Below, piece by piece: positions 1-9,017 of a DNA stretch of 64,000 nt; within the stretch, counting starts at the first letter, position 1, and the number at the start of each line of letters is the position of its first letter. Source of the DNA: Pirellulaceae bacterium (GTDB lineage: Bacteria > Planctomycetota > Planctomycetia > Pirellulales > Pirellulaceae); contig JADYZV010000052.1 of NCBI GenBank assembly GCA_020852965.1, positions 20,989 through 84,988 of the forward strand. Direction: 5' to 3'. The notes under the pieces are model-generated. The model was given only the letters and a program-made list of their open reading frames with translations, had not been told where the DNA came from and did no database searches. The position numbers were made by a program, and so were the translations under genes.

Positions 1-38
1 GGGAGTGTTACATCGATTGCCATATCTGGTTCAGTGCC

Positions 39-2765
39 TTATGCGAACAACGGATTTATTTTTTCAGGGTTGTAGTCCAAGTCCTTGATTGCCTGGGCTA
101 CGTCAGTCATCGACAGTACATCTTGCTTGGCCAGTCGGTAGAGGGCGGCGAGCGTCACCGATTCAGCATCGACTTCAAAGTGCCGCCGGAGCGCTTCGCG
201 CGTTTCACTGCGGCCCATGCCGTCAGTGCCCAGCACAAAGTAGTCGCCGGGAATGTATCGCCACAATTGCTCGGGGAGCGCGCGCACGTGATCGCTGGCT
301 GCAATGAATGGTCCTTCGACACCACGGAGCACTTGCTCAATGTAGCTCGCCTTGGGCGTTTCCGTCGGATGCAAGTAGTTCCAGCGCTCGGTCGTCTGGG
401 CGTCGCGGCGCAATTGTGTGTAGCTGGTAACGCTCCACACATCGCTGGCGATCTTGTATTTATCCGCCAGTAGTTCTTGAGCTTTAAGCACGCTGCGCAG
501 AATGGGGCCGGTGCCGAACAACTGCACCCGCGCCTTGGCCCCCTGTACTTCGCGGCTGGAGAGTTTGTAGATCCCTTTTACAATTCCTTCTTCGACACCC
601 TTGGGCATTGCGGGCATGTCGTAGTTCTCGTTCTCTACTGAGATGTAATAGATGCCCGTTTCATCTTCCTGGTAGAGCCGCTTTAGGCCATCCATGATGA
701 TCACGGTCGTCTCATAAGCGTAAGCCGGATCATAAGCGCGGATTAGAGGGAAGGCCATCGCGTTGAGTTGGCTGTGGCCATCTTGGTGTTGCAACCCCTC
801 GCCATTGAGCGTGGTGCGCCCCGAGGTGCCGCCGAGCATAAAACCTTTGGCCCGCATGTCGCAAGCGGCCCAAATCAAATCGCCCACGCGCTGAAATCCG
901 AACATCGAGTAGTAGATGTAGAATGGAATCATATTGACACCGTGCGTCGAGTAGGCGGTGCCCGCCGCATTGAAGCTCGACATCGAACCTGCTTCGGTGA
1001 TGCCCTCTTCGAGGATCTGCCCGTCGCGCGCCTCCTTGTAATACATCAGGTTGCCGTCTTTGCGATCGACCGGGTCGTAGAGCTGGCCTCCGTGAGCGTA
1101 GATGCCGACGGAGACGAACATGCCCTCCATACCAAAGGTCCGCGATTCATCGGGAACGATGGGCACGACATGCTTGCCAATCTTCTTGTCTTTACAGAGC
1201 TTGGCGAGCAAACGCACAAAGCCCATCGTGGTGCTCATCTCACCTTTACTGGCTTCAGTAAACGCGGAGTATTCCGCCAATGTGGGCACTTCGGTAACCG
1301 GATGGACGGTCGGGCGACTCGGGGTTGGGCCGCCGAGCGCCTTGCGACGCTCCTTCAAGTACTTGATCTCGACGCTCGACTCGGGCGGTCGATAGAACGG
1401 TGCGCTGCCGACCTCTTCGTCGCTGATCGGAATGCCGAAGCGACTGCGGAACTCGAGCAGTTCCTGTTCGTTGAGCTTCTTCTGATTGTGAGCGATGTTG
1501 CGACCCTCGCCCGCTTCGCCCAGGCCGTATCCCTTGATGGTCTTGGCCAGGATCACGGTCGGCTGTCCCTTGTGCTCAACGGCTGCTTTGTACGCCGCGT
1601 AGACCTTATCGGGGTCGTGACCACCACGGCGCAATTTTTCGAGCTTCTCATCGGAGTAATTGGCGACCAATTCGGCCACGTCGGGGTATTTGCCGAAGAA
1701 GTGTTCGCGGATGTACGAGCCCGGCATACCGGTGTACTTCTGATACTGGCCATCGACGACTTCATTCATGCGCTGAGCTAAATTGCCGGTTTCATCTTTT
1801 TCCAGCAACGCATCCCAATCGCCACCCCACACAACTTTGATGACATTCCAGCCCGAACCGCGGAAGACCGCTTCGAGCTCTTGGATGATTTTGCTGTTGC
1901 CACGCACGGGACCGTCGAGCCGTTGCAGGTTGCAGTTGACGACGAAAGTCAGATTGTCGAGCCGCTCGCGCGCCGCCAAGTGCAATGCGCCTAGCGTTTC
2001 TGGCTCGTCGCACTCACCGTCACCCACGAAGGCCCACACGCGTTGATTCGATGTGTCTTTGATACCTCGATCGCGCAGGTACTCGTTGAACCGCGCTTGG
2101 TAGATGGCCATGATCGGCCCCAGTCCCATCGAGACGGTGGGGAATTCCCAGAAGTCAGGCATCAGCCATGGGTGAGGATAGCTGCTCAGTCCGCGCTCGG
2201 ATTGTAGCTCACGGCGGAAGTTCTCCAGGTTTTCTGTTTTTAAGCGACCTTCCATGAAGGCTCGCGAGTACATACCTGGCGAAGCATGACCTTGGAAATA
2301 AATCAGGTCTCCGTCATAGCCGCTTTCGCCGCGACCTTTGAAGAAGTGGTTGAAGCCCACTTCATACAGTGTGGCGCTCGAAGCAAACGTGCTGATGTGA
2401 CCACCGATCCCATCGTGCTTCTTGTTGCTGCGAGTCACCATGGCCATCGCGTTCCAACGGATCAAGCTCTTGATGCGTCGTTCGAGTTCGCGATTGCCAG
2501 GGTAGGGGGGCTGCTTGTGGGGCGGGATCGTGTTGACGTAGGGAGTATTGACCTCCAGTGGCACATCGACCCCTTCGCGTCGCGCTCGCGTGTCGATCGC
2601 TTTGAGCAAGTACTTGACTCGCTCGGGGCCTTTGCTCTTGAGCACATAGTCGAGCGAACTGAGCCACTCGGCCGTCTCGGCAGGATCGGCATCGATTGGT
2701 ATCGGTAATTGTCCACCAGCCACCACGGCTGCTTCTTCGTCGCTCAATGTTTTTACCTCTGCCAT
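39..2765 (-). CDS. aceE: Pyruvate dehydrogenase E1 component, homodimeric AceE type
   Basis: ~910-aa ORF with GGHISTFASSA, FQGHASPG, the TPP-binding motif GDGECDEPE...N and TTLNGEGLQHQDG. Start placed at MAEVKT (2765). Confidence 0.97.
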   Translation of the reverse strand: MAEVKTLSDEEAAVVAGGQLPIPIDADPAETAEWLSSLDYVLKSKGPERVKYLLKAIDTRARREGVDVPLEVNTPYVNTIPPHKQPPYPGNRELERRIKSLIRWNAMAMVTRSNKKHDGIGGHISTFASSATLYEVGFNHFFKGRGESGYDGDLIYFQGHASPGMYSRAFMEGRLKTENLENFRRELQSERGLSSYPHPWLMPDFWEFPTVSMGLGPIMAIYQARFNEYLRDRGIKDTSNQRVWAFVGDGECDEPETLGALHLAARERLDNLTFVVNCNLQRLDGPVRGNSKIIQELEAVFRGSGWNVIKVVWGGDWDALLEKDETGNLAQRMNEVVDGQYQKYTGMPGSYIREHFFGKYPDVAELVANYSDEKLEKLRRGGHDPDKVYAAYKAAVEHKGQPTVILAKTIKGYGLGEAGEGRNIAHNQKKLNEQELLEFRSRFGIPISDEEVGSAPFYRPPESSVEIKYLKERRKALGGPTPSRPTVHPVTEVPTLAEYSAFTEASKGEMSTTMGFVRLLAKLCKDKKIGKHVVPIVPDESRTFGMEGMFVSVGIYAHGGQLYDPVDRKDGNLMYYKEARDGQILEEGITEAGSMSSFNAAGTAYSTHGVNMIPFYIYYSMFGFQRVGDLIWAACDMRAKGFMLGGTSGRTTLNGEGLQHQDGHSQLNAMAFPLIRAYDPAYAYETTVIIMDGLKRLYQEDETGIYYISVENENYDMPAMPKGVEEGIVKGIYKLSSREVQGAKARVQLFGTGPILRSVLKAQELLADKYKIASDVWSVTSYTQLRRDAQTTERWNYLHPTETPKASYIEQVLRGVEGPFIAASDHVRALPEQLWRYIPGDYFVLGTDGMGRSETREALRRHFEVDAESVTLAALYRLAKQDVLSMTDVAQAIKDLDYNPEKINPLFA

Positions 2766-3067
2766 TGTTTCACTCTCCACTTGCCAGCTTCATCAACAAC
2801 TATTTTAGTGCTTGCCACCGAGATTCTGAACTAAATTGGCCGATTCTCCAAGCCACGTTTGCGGTTAGGCTATCTGCCGAACTTAGCGAGGTGTCGGTAT
2901 GGTCGTAATGCGCCCCGTAGGTCCGGTGTTAGGGTGTGGTTGGTAGTGTTGTATGCGGTGCTTTGGCAAAGGCATTTGCAGGAAAACCAACAAAACTCCG
3001 TAGTTACTGTCGCCAGGCAAGCCGCATTGCTCGAGGCCCCTTCGCGGGGGGCGTGAATAGCTTGGGT

Positions 3068-4105
3068 TTAACCATTTGGCTGCAGGACCACTTTCATCGC
3101 CCCTGGCTCACCGGCATATAACCTAGCGAACCAGCTCGGCCCTTCGTCCAGCGTCGCCTTGGCGGTGATGAGCGCATCGACGCGAATGTCACCGCGTCTG
3201 AGATACTCGATGCACTCAGGGTACTCGCCGTTCGACGCACAGCTACCGTAGACCGACAGTTCTCGCGTCACCACCGCTTGCAATGGCAGTTCAACGTTGG
3301 GTGCAAGATTGCCGACTAGCGTGATGGCGCCTCCTTTGCGAGTACACTCGATTGCCATTCTCACTGTGGGGGTGGCCCCGACGACTTCTAGCGACACGTC
3401 GGCGCCTCGACCACCGGTCAATCGCTTGACCTCCGCCACCACATCGCATTTTTTTGGATTGAGCCCTTCGTCGGCCCCTAGGCTCTTTGCCAATTCGAGC
3501 TTGTTGTCCTCCAGATCGACGGCGATAACGCGGGCGGCTCCGGCCAGTCGAATGGCTTGGACGACCAGCAGACCGATCATTCCGCTACCGACCACGACGG
3601 CGGTGTCTCCGAGCTTAACTGGCGTGCGATTGGACGCATGCACGGCGATCGAGACCGCTTCGATCAGCGCCGCATGTTCGAAGGCCAATTCATCAGGTAG
3701 CTTATACGAGATATTTTGTGGCACGACCACGTATTGAGCGAACGCACCGTGCCGGCGGAATTCGCTACAAGAGACACCGAGAACTTGGCGGTTTTCGCAC
3801 AGATTGATCGAGCCCTTACGACACGATGCACAGCGACCACACGACACGGTCGAATCAAACGTGACACGGTCGCCGACTTGAAAGCCCTTCACGGCTGAGC
3901 CAATCTGGTGGACGATGCCAGCCGCTTCGTGTCCCATGACAAGCGGTGGGACACGTCGGCCCGACGAGCCATCCCAGCCGTGGATATCGCTGCCGCAAAT
4001 GCCACAAGCTTTCACTTCTACAAGCAAATCATTCGGCCCCACTTCAGGTATCGGCATGTCGACCACTTCTAGTTTCTTATACTCGCTGAGCAGCATCGCT
4101 TTCAT
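3068..4105 (-). CDS. Zinc-dependent medium-chain dehydrogenase (sorbitol/galactitol-1-P dehydrogenase-like)
   Basis: CGICGSD, GHE, structural Zn motif CGRCASC...C and a GxGxxG Rossmann motif. Substrate cannot be assigned. Confidence 0.9.
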   Translation of the reverse strand: MKAMLLSEYKKLEVVDMPIPEVGPNDLLVEVKACGICGSDIHGWDGSSGRRVPPLVMGHEAAGIVHQIGSAVKGFQVGDRVTFDSTVSCGRCASCRKGSINLCENRQVLGVSCSEFRRHGAFAQYVVVPQNISYKLPDELAFEHAALIEAVSIAVHASNRTPVKLGDTAVVVGSGMIGLLVVQAIRLAGAARVIAVDLEDNKLELAKSLGADEGLNPKKCDVVAEVKRLTGGRGADVSLEVVGATPTVRMAIECTRKGGAITLVGNLAPNVELPLQAVVTRELSVYGSCASNGEYPECIEYLRRGDIRVDALITAKATLDEGPSWFARLYAGEPGAMKVVLQPNG

Positions 4106-4116
4106 GGTCACCCTTT

Positions 4117-4180
4117 AATGTGGCCCGACGCTCCGCGTCGGTGTTCTCTTTTCTAATGTGGCCCGACGCTCCGCCGTCGG
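4117..4180 (+). repeat. Two copies of a REP-like hairpin, AATGTGG-C-CCGACGC-TCC-GCGTCGG
   Basis: Copies at 4117-4141 and 4155-4180; further copies at 16430-16453 (-), 16464-16487 (-) and 18664-18688 (+). Confidence 0.85.
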
Positions 4181-4183
4181 CAA

Positions 4184-4223
4184 TCTCTTATTCTCTTATT
4201 CTCTTATTCTCTTATTCTCTTAT
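4184..4223. repeat. Octamer tandem repeat (TCTCTTAT)x5
   Basis: Read directly from the sequence. Confidence 0.9.
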
Positions 4224-4250
4224 CTACTATCGTTCACTTCATCGCCCCTG

Positions 4251-4332
4251 GTAGTGGACGATGCAACGAGTCCCTTAAGCTGTAATTTATTTTATTCGAT
4301 ATTCGAAAGGGACTCGTAACCTCGTCCACTAC
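4251..4332. repeat. GTAG-type REP doublet (REPIN-like inverted pair)
   Basis: GTAGTGGACGA..ACGAGTCCC-spacer-GGGACTCGTAACCTCGTCCACTAC; related copies at 43317, 52759 and 54912. Confidence 0.85.
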
Positions 4333-4336
4333 GAAG

Positions 4337-5758
4337 CTAGCGTTTCGGCTTGTATATTTCGGTCGCCGTCCCGAAGTGAACTTCACCTGCGTTCATGAGT
4401 GTTTCGCTCAAAGTTGGGTGGGGGTGGATCGACTCCGTCAAATCGCGAACTTCGCATCCCATCTCGATCGCCAATACCGCTTCGGCGATCAGCTCGCCAG
4501 CTCCGGCGCCGACGATACCACAGCCGAGTACGCGATGCGTTTCGGGATCGACCAACCACTTGGTCAGCCCCTCGGTTCGCCCGATGGCTTGCGCGCGGCC
4601 ACTGGCCGCCCATGGGTAGACTGCAACCTCAACCGCGCGTCCGGTTTTCTTGGCTTCCTCTTCGGTCAGACCCGCCCAGGCGATCTCGGGATCGGTGAAG
4701 ACTACCGCCGGTATGGCCGCTTTGCTAAAGGTGACATCTTCCCCAAGCAGAACTTCGACCGCCACTTTGCCTTCGTGAGACGCTTTGTGGGCCAACATCG
4801 GCTCGCCTGCCACATCGCCGATAGCGAAGATATGCGGGTCGGTGGTGCGTTGCTGGCTATCGCAAATCGCAAAGCCCCGTGCATCCAATTGCACACGAGT
4901 GTTTTCCAGTCCGATTCCGCGACTGACCGGGCGTCTGCCGACGCTGACCAGCACGCGATCGAATTGCTCGTGCCCGTACTTGCCAGGGCCTTCAAAAGTG
5001 ACTTCGATTTTATCGCCGACTTCGGATAGCGAGCCGACTTTGGTGTTGAGGTAAATCCGCTTGTTGAATAGTTTTTCCATCCGTTTGTGGAGCGGTTTCA
5101 CGAGGTCGCGATCGGCTCCCATCAGCAGGCCATCGAGCAGCTCGACGACGCTGACCTTGGTTCCTAAACTGGCGTACACCGAGCCCATTTCCAATCCGAT
5201 GTAACCGCCACCGACAACCAGCAAGCTTTCGGGAATGTCGACCAGAGCCAGCGCGCCGGTCGAGTCCATCACGCGGTCGCTACCGATATTGAAACTCGGT
5301 GGCATGGTGGGCACGCTGCCTGTCGCCAATATGCAGTGCTCGAAGGTCAGTTGTTTTTCGGCAGGGATCGATTCGTGGTCCCCTTCCAGTCGCAGCGTTG
5401 TGCTGTTTTCGAAAACGCCCTTGGCTTGGATGATGGTCACATTGCGGCGCTTGGCCAACTGAGCCAAACCGCCGCTGAGCGTCGAGATCACTTTTTCTTT
5501 ACGAGCGCGAACTTTGTCGACATCGATAGTGGGCTGAGCGTAGGTGATGCCCCAATCCTCGCGCATTTCGTCGACTTCGGAGATGACGCGAGCCACGTGC
5601 AGCAGAGCTTTCGAAGGAATGCACCCTCGCAGTAAACAGGTCCCGCCGAGCCGTTTTTCCGACTCGACCAAGGTGACTTGCAGCCCTTCGTCGGCAGCCA
5701 GAAATGCGGCCGCGTAACCGCCTGGACCTCCACCCAAAACCACTAGATCGCTATGCAT
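4337..5758 (-). CDS. lpdA: Dihydrolipoamide dehydrogenase (E3)
   Basis: GGGPGGY FAD motif, redox-active [13 protein letters not shown] and C-terminal HPHPTLSE. Confidence 0.96.
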   Translation of the reverse strand: MHSDLVVLGGGPGGYAAAFLAADEGLQVTLVESEKRLGGTCLLRGCIPSKALLHVARVISEVDEMREDWGITYAQPTIDVDKVRARKEKVISTLSGGLAQLAKRRNVTIIQAKGVFENSTTLRLEGDHESIPAEKQLTFEHCILATGSVPTMPPSFNIGSDRVMDSTGALALVDIPESLLVVGGGYIGLEMGSVYASLGTKVSVVELLDGLLMGADRDLVKPLHKRMEKLFNKRIYLNTKVGSLSEVGDKIEVTFEGPGKYGHEQFDRVLVSVGRRPVSRGIGLENTRVQLDARGFAICDSQQRTTDPHIFAIGDVAGEPMLAHKASHEGKVAVEVLLGEDVTFSKAAIPAVVFTDPEIAWAGLTEEEAKKTGRAVEVAVYPWAASGRAQAIGRTEGLTKWLVDPETHRVLGCGIVGAGAGELIAEAVLAIEMGCEVRDLTESIHPHPTLSETLMNAGEVHFGTATEIYKPKR

Positions 5759-5864
5759 GAAATTACCCTACTACAGACGTACGTTGGGATCGCATCGGCC
5801 CCACGCCAGCTTGTCTGGCATGAGCCAAGTTTTAGGAGTTAGTTGTCGCGGCATGCGTCGTACC

Positions 5865-5921
5865 CATCCAACTTTCCGTCGAATTGTCGCTTCCAGCGGC
5901 AATTCGACGGAAAGTTGGATG
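5865..5921. other. 27-bp near-perfect hairpin with TCC/GGA triloop between rpsD and lpdA
   Basis: Arm 5865-5891 pairs with arm 5895-5921 with one G-U wobble. No U-tract follows on the minus strand. Confidence 0.8.
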
Positions 5922-6002
5922 CACCGAGACAACATCTGCCTTCAAACTTCTTCACCTGCGAGGCAAGCTCGCAGGGGTCTGGCTTGTGCCTGCTACCGTC
6001 GC

Positions 6003-6611
6003 TTAGCGCGACAAGAATTCGACCACGACGTTGGCGTCTACCGGCAGGCTGATATCGGTCGCGGTAGGCTGACTTAGCAGCGTGGCTTGCAAGCCTTCGG
6101 AATCGAATGTCAGCCAATCGAGCGACTGGGGTGGGTTGTTGGCGATAACACCACGATAGAGGTTCTTCAAGTTTTCTCGCCCACGCAGCTCGACCACATC
6201 ACCGGCTCGCAGGATATAACCAGGCTTGGTGACCTTGACGCCATTGACGCGGAAGTGACCATGCACGATGCCTTGACGGGCTTGCGGTCGAGTCTTGGTA
6301 AAGCCGGCGCGACGCACGACGTTGTCCAATCGTCGCTCGCACATCAACAGTAGATTCTGAGCCGTATTGCCCTTGGCGCTCGTGGCGGCGACGAAGTAAC
6401 GGCGCAATTGTCGCTCGCCCAACCCGTAGTAGTGCTTGATCTTCTGCTTTTCGGTCAAGGCCGTTCCGTAGTTACTGGTGCGGCGTCCACGTGGGTGCAT
6501 GCCCGGCGGAGTATCGCGGCGTTCGAGCGCTCGCGCAGCTCCGGCGCTCTCGTAAACCAACATGCTCAAACGACGATTGACGCGGGCTTTAGGACCAGTA
6601 TATCTAGCCAT
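6003..6611 (-). CDS. rpsD: 30S ribosomal protein S4
   Basis: MARYTGPK start, EKQKIKHYYGLGERQ and ERRLDNVVRRAGF..TRPQARQ (S4 domain). Confidence 0.97.
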   Translation of the reverse strand: MARYTGPKARVNRRLSMLVYESAGAARALERRDTPPGMHPRGRRTSNYGTALTEKQKIKHYYGLGERQLRRYFVAATSAKGNTAQNLLLMCERRLDNVVRRAGFTKTRPQARQGIVHGHFRVNGVKVTKPGYILRAGDVVELRGRENLKNLYRGVIANNPPQSLDWLTFDSEGLQATLLSQPTATDISLPVDANVVVEFLSR

Positions 6612-6975
6612 AACTCTACGAAACTCCAGCAAAAACTACGTTGAATTCATCCCTTTCGCCGCGTTGCGACGGGCCCAATCCCTGAACGACCATTCACCAA
6701 GAATGGGTAGGTTGAGCCAATATCTGGGGCAAGCAAGCGGGCCAGTATCCCGGAATGAACAGTTTTTCACAAGTGCTAATGAGAGTTTGAGGCGTCGAGA
6801 GCAATGATCGGAACGCCGAGTTCTAGGTTGGTTGCACGCGTCCCCTCGTTTCAAACTTCACACTTCAAACTTCCAACTTCACACCCCTGGCACCTATGAG
6901 ACCTAAAGGAGCTATGCGACAATAGTCGCTTGGAATACAGGAATTTTGTCAGTTTTTCCCCTCAGGCAGCCCCGC

Positions 6976-8799
6976 ATGCGCAGAAGCGACATCCGCAACA
7001 TCGTCATTATCGCTCACGTTGACCACGGCAAGACGTCGCTGGTCGATTGCCTGCTCAAGCAAAGCGGCCAATTCCGTGACTCGCAGCTCCAGGGACACCA
7101 AATCCTGGACAGCAACGATCTGGAACGCGAACGGGGCATTACGATCCTCAGCAAAAACATCGCGCTCCCCTACAAGGGGATCAAGATCAACATTATCGAC
7201 ACGCCCGGTCACGCCGACTTTGGTGGTGAAGTCGAGCGGGTAGTACGCATGGCCGATGGCGCCCTGGTATTGATGGATGCCGCTGAAGGCCCCATGCCCC
7301 AAACTCGCTTTGTGCTCTCCAAGGCGCTCGAAGCAGGGGTGCGGCCTATCGTGGTCATCAACAAGATCGACCGCCCCGACTCGCGAGCCCTCGAAGTGGT
7401 CGATGAAGCGCTCGAACTGCTGATCGATCTCGGTGGCGAGCACTTCATGGATGACTTCGACTACATTTTTACGTCGGCCAAAGAGGGCTATGCGACCCAC
7501 GACCCGAGTGTGCCTGGCACCTCGATGGCACCGCTGCTCGACCTCGTGCTGGAAAAAATCCCTGGCCCCGAAGTCGAGCCGGACGCGCCACTGCAACTAC
7601 TGGTCACCAATCTCGATTGGTCGGAATACGTGGGGCGTATTGGAGTTGGACGCATCCAAGCGGGCACGCTCAAATCCGGCCAACAGATCGATATGGCCAA
7701 GAGTGGCGACCGCGTTGTGCAAGCACAAATCGCCTCGGTCTCGGTCTTTGATCGCTTGGGGCGCACCGAAGTGCCCGAAGCGACGGCTGGTGACATTGCC
7801 GCAATCGTTGGACTTGAGGAGGTCGAGATAGGCGACACGATTTGCGAGCGAGGCATACTGCGCCCGCTTCCACGTTTGACGGTCGACGAACCGACGCTCG
7901 AAATGGTATTCAGTATCAACAGCTCGCCACTGGTAGGCCGCGAAGGCAAATACGTGACCAACCGGCAGCTCCGCACTCGCTTGGAAAAAGAGCTCGAACG
8001 CAACGTCGCCCTGCGCGTGGCTCCGATCGAAGGTGCCGATGGATACGCAGTGCGCGGTCGCGGTGTATTGCACTTAGCGGTCTTGATCGAGACCATGCGC
8101 CGCGAAGGCTTTGAGTTGTCGGTTGGCAAGCCTCGCGTGGTCACTCGCGAAATCGATGGCCAAAAGCAAGAACCCTTCGAAACGCTTAACGTCGAGGTCC
8201 CGCAGGAAAAAGTCGGTCCCGTGATGGAACTGGTCGGCTTGCGTCGTGGTACGCTCGATGCAATGACTCCGCGTGGAAGCTACTGCTTGCTCAAGTTTGA
8301 CATTCCCGCGCGCGGGCTGATCGGCCTTCGCACGCGTTTGCTCAATGCCACGCAAGGCACCGCCGTCATTCACCATCGCTTCAATGGTTACAAAGTGCGT
8401 GAAGGGGAAGTACCCGCTCGTGCCAATGGCGTGCTCGTATCGATGGTCAGTGGCAAAGCCATTCCGTTTGCTCTGTTCGGTTTGCAGGATCGCAGCGATC
8501 TCTTTGTCGCTCCCGGTGATGAAATCTACGAAGGCATGATCGTTGGGGAAAACGCGCGGGAGTCGGACATGGTTGTCAATCCATGTCGCGAGAAGAAACT
8601 GACGAACATCCGTGCCGCCGGCTCGGACGAAAATGTCATTCTCAAGCCGCCTCGTATGCTTTCCCTCGAAGCCGCGTTGGAATATATCGAAGACGATGAG
8701 CTGGTGGAAATTACCCCGCATTCGATTCGCTTGCGCAAAATCGGCCTACGCGAGGCCGATCGTCGGCGCGGTGGCCGCGCCGCTAGCCTAGCTAAATAG
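6976..8799 (+). CDS. typA: Translational GTPase TypA/BipA
   Basis: [36 protein letters not shown] and C-terminal [12 protein letters not shown]...[14 protein letters not shown]. Confidence 0.97.
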   Translation: MRRSDIRNIVIIAHVDHGKTSLVDCLLKQSGQFRDSQLQGHQILDSNDLERERGITILSKNIALPYKGIKINIIDTPGHADFGGEVERVVRMADGALVLMDAAEGPMPQTRFVLSKALEAGVRPIVVINKIDRPDSRALEVVDEALELLIDLGGEHFMDDFDYIFTSAKEGYATHDPSVPGTSMAPLLDLVLEKIPGPEVEPDAPLQLLVTNLDWSEYVGRIGVGRIQAGTLKSGQQIDMAKSGDRVVQAQIASVSVFDRLGRTEVPEATAGDIAAIVGLEEVEIGDTICERGILRPLPRLTVDEPTLEMVFSINSSPLVGREGKYVTNRQLRTRLEKELERNVALRVAPIEGADGYAVRGRGVLHLAVLIETMRREGFELSVGKPRVVTREIDGQKQEPFETLNVEVPQEKVGPVMELVGLRRGTLDAMTPRGSYCLLKFDIPARGLIGLRTRLLNATQGTAVIHHRFNGYKVREGEVPARANGVLVSMVSGKAIPFALFGLQDRSDLFVAPGDEIYEGMIVGENARESDMVVNPCREKKLTNIRAAGSDENVILKPPRMLSLEAALEYIEDDELVEITPHSIRLRKIGLREADRRRGGRAASLAK

Positions 8800-8824
8800 T
8801 TGCGATTTGTCGTCCCCACTTCGG

Positions 8825-8946
8825 CCCCTACGAGCTTGCCTCGCCGTGATTCTTAGACCCCAACGATCTTGCCTCGCCGTGATTCTTAGACCCCAACGAT
8901 CTTGCCTCGCCGTGATTCTTAAACCCCTACGAGCTTGCCTCGTAGG
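8825..8946. repeat. 33-bp tandem repeat, ~3.7 copies, ending in the palindrome CCTACGAG-CTTGC-CTCGTAGG
   Basis: Unit CCCC(T/A)ACGA(G/T)CTTGCCTCGCCGTGATTCTTAGA, repeated head to tail between the convergent typA and leuA genes. Confidence 0.9.
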
Positions 8947-9017
8947 TGAATCAGTTTTGTACCTAGACCGCGCCCCTACGCGCGCCACCTCCAGTCCTTC
9001 TTCATCGTCCTCACTAC

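Noticed and set aside
2962-2980. Possible sigma54 site TTGGCAAAGGCATTTGCA upstream of aceE
   Set aside because: GG-GC spacing is 11 rather than 10, and it points away from aceE.
8825-8946. 33-bp repeats as a CRISPR array
   Set aside because: Units are head-to-tail with no unique spacers, and no cas genes are nearby.
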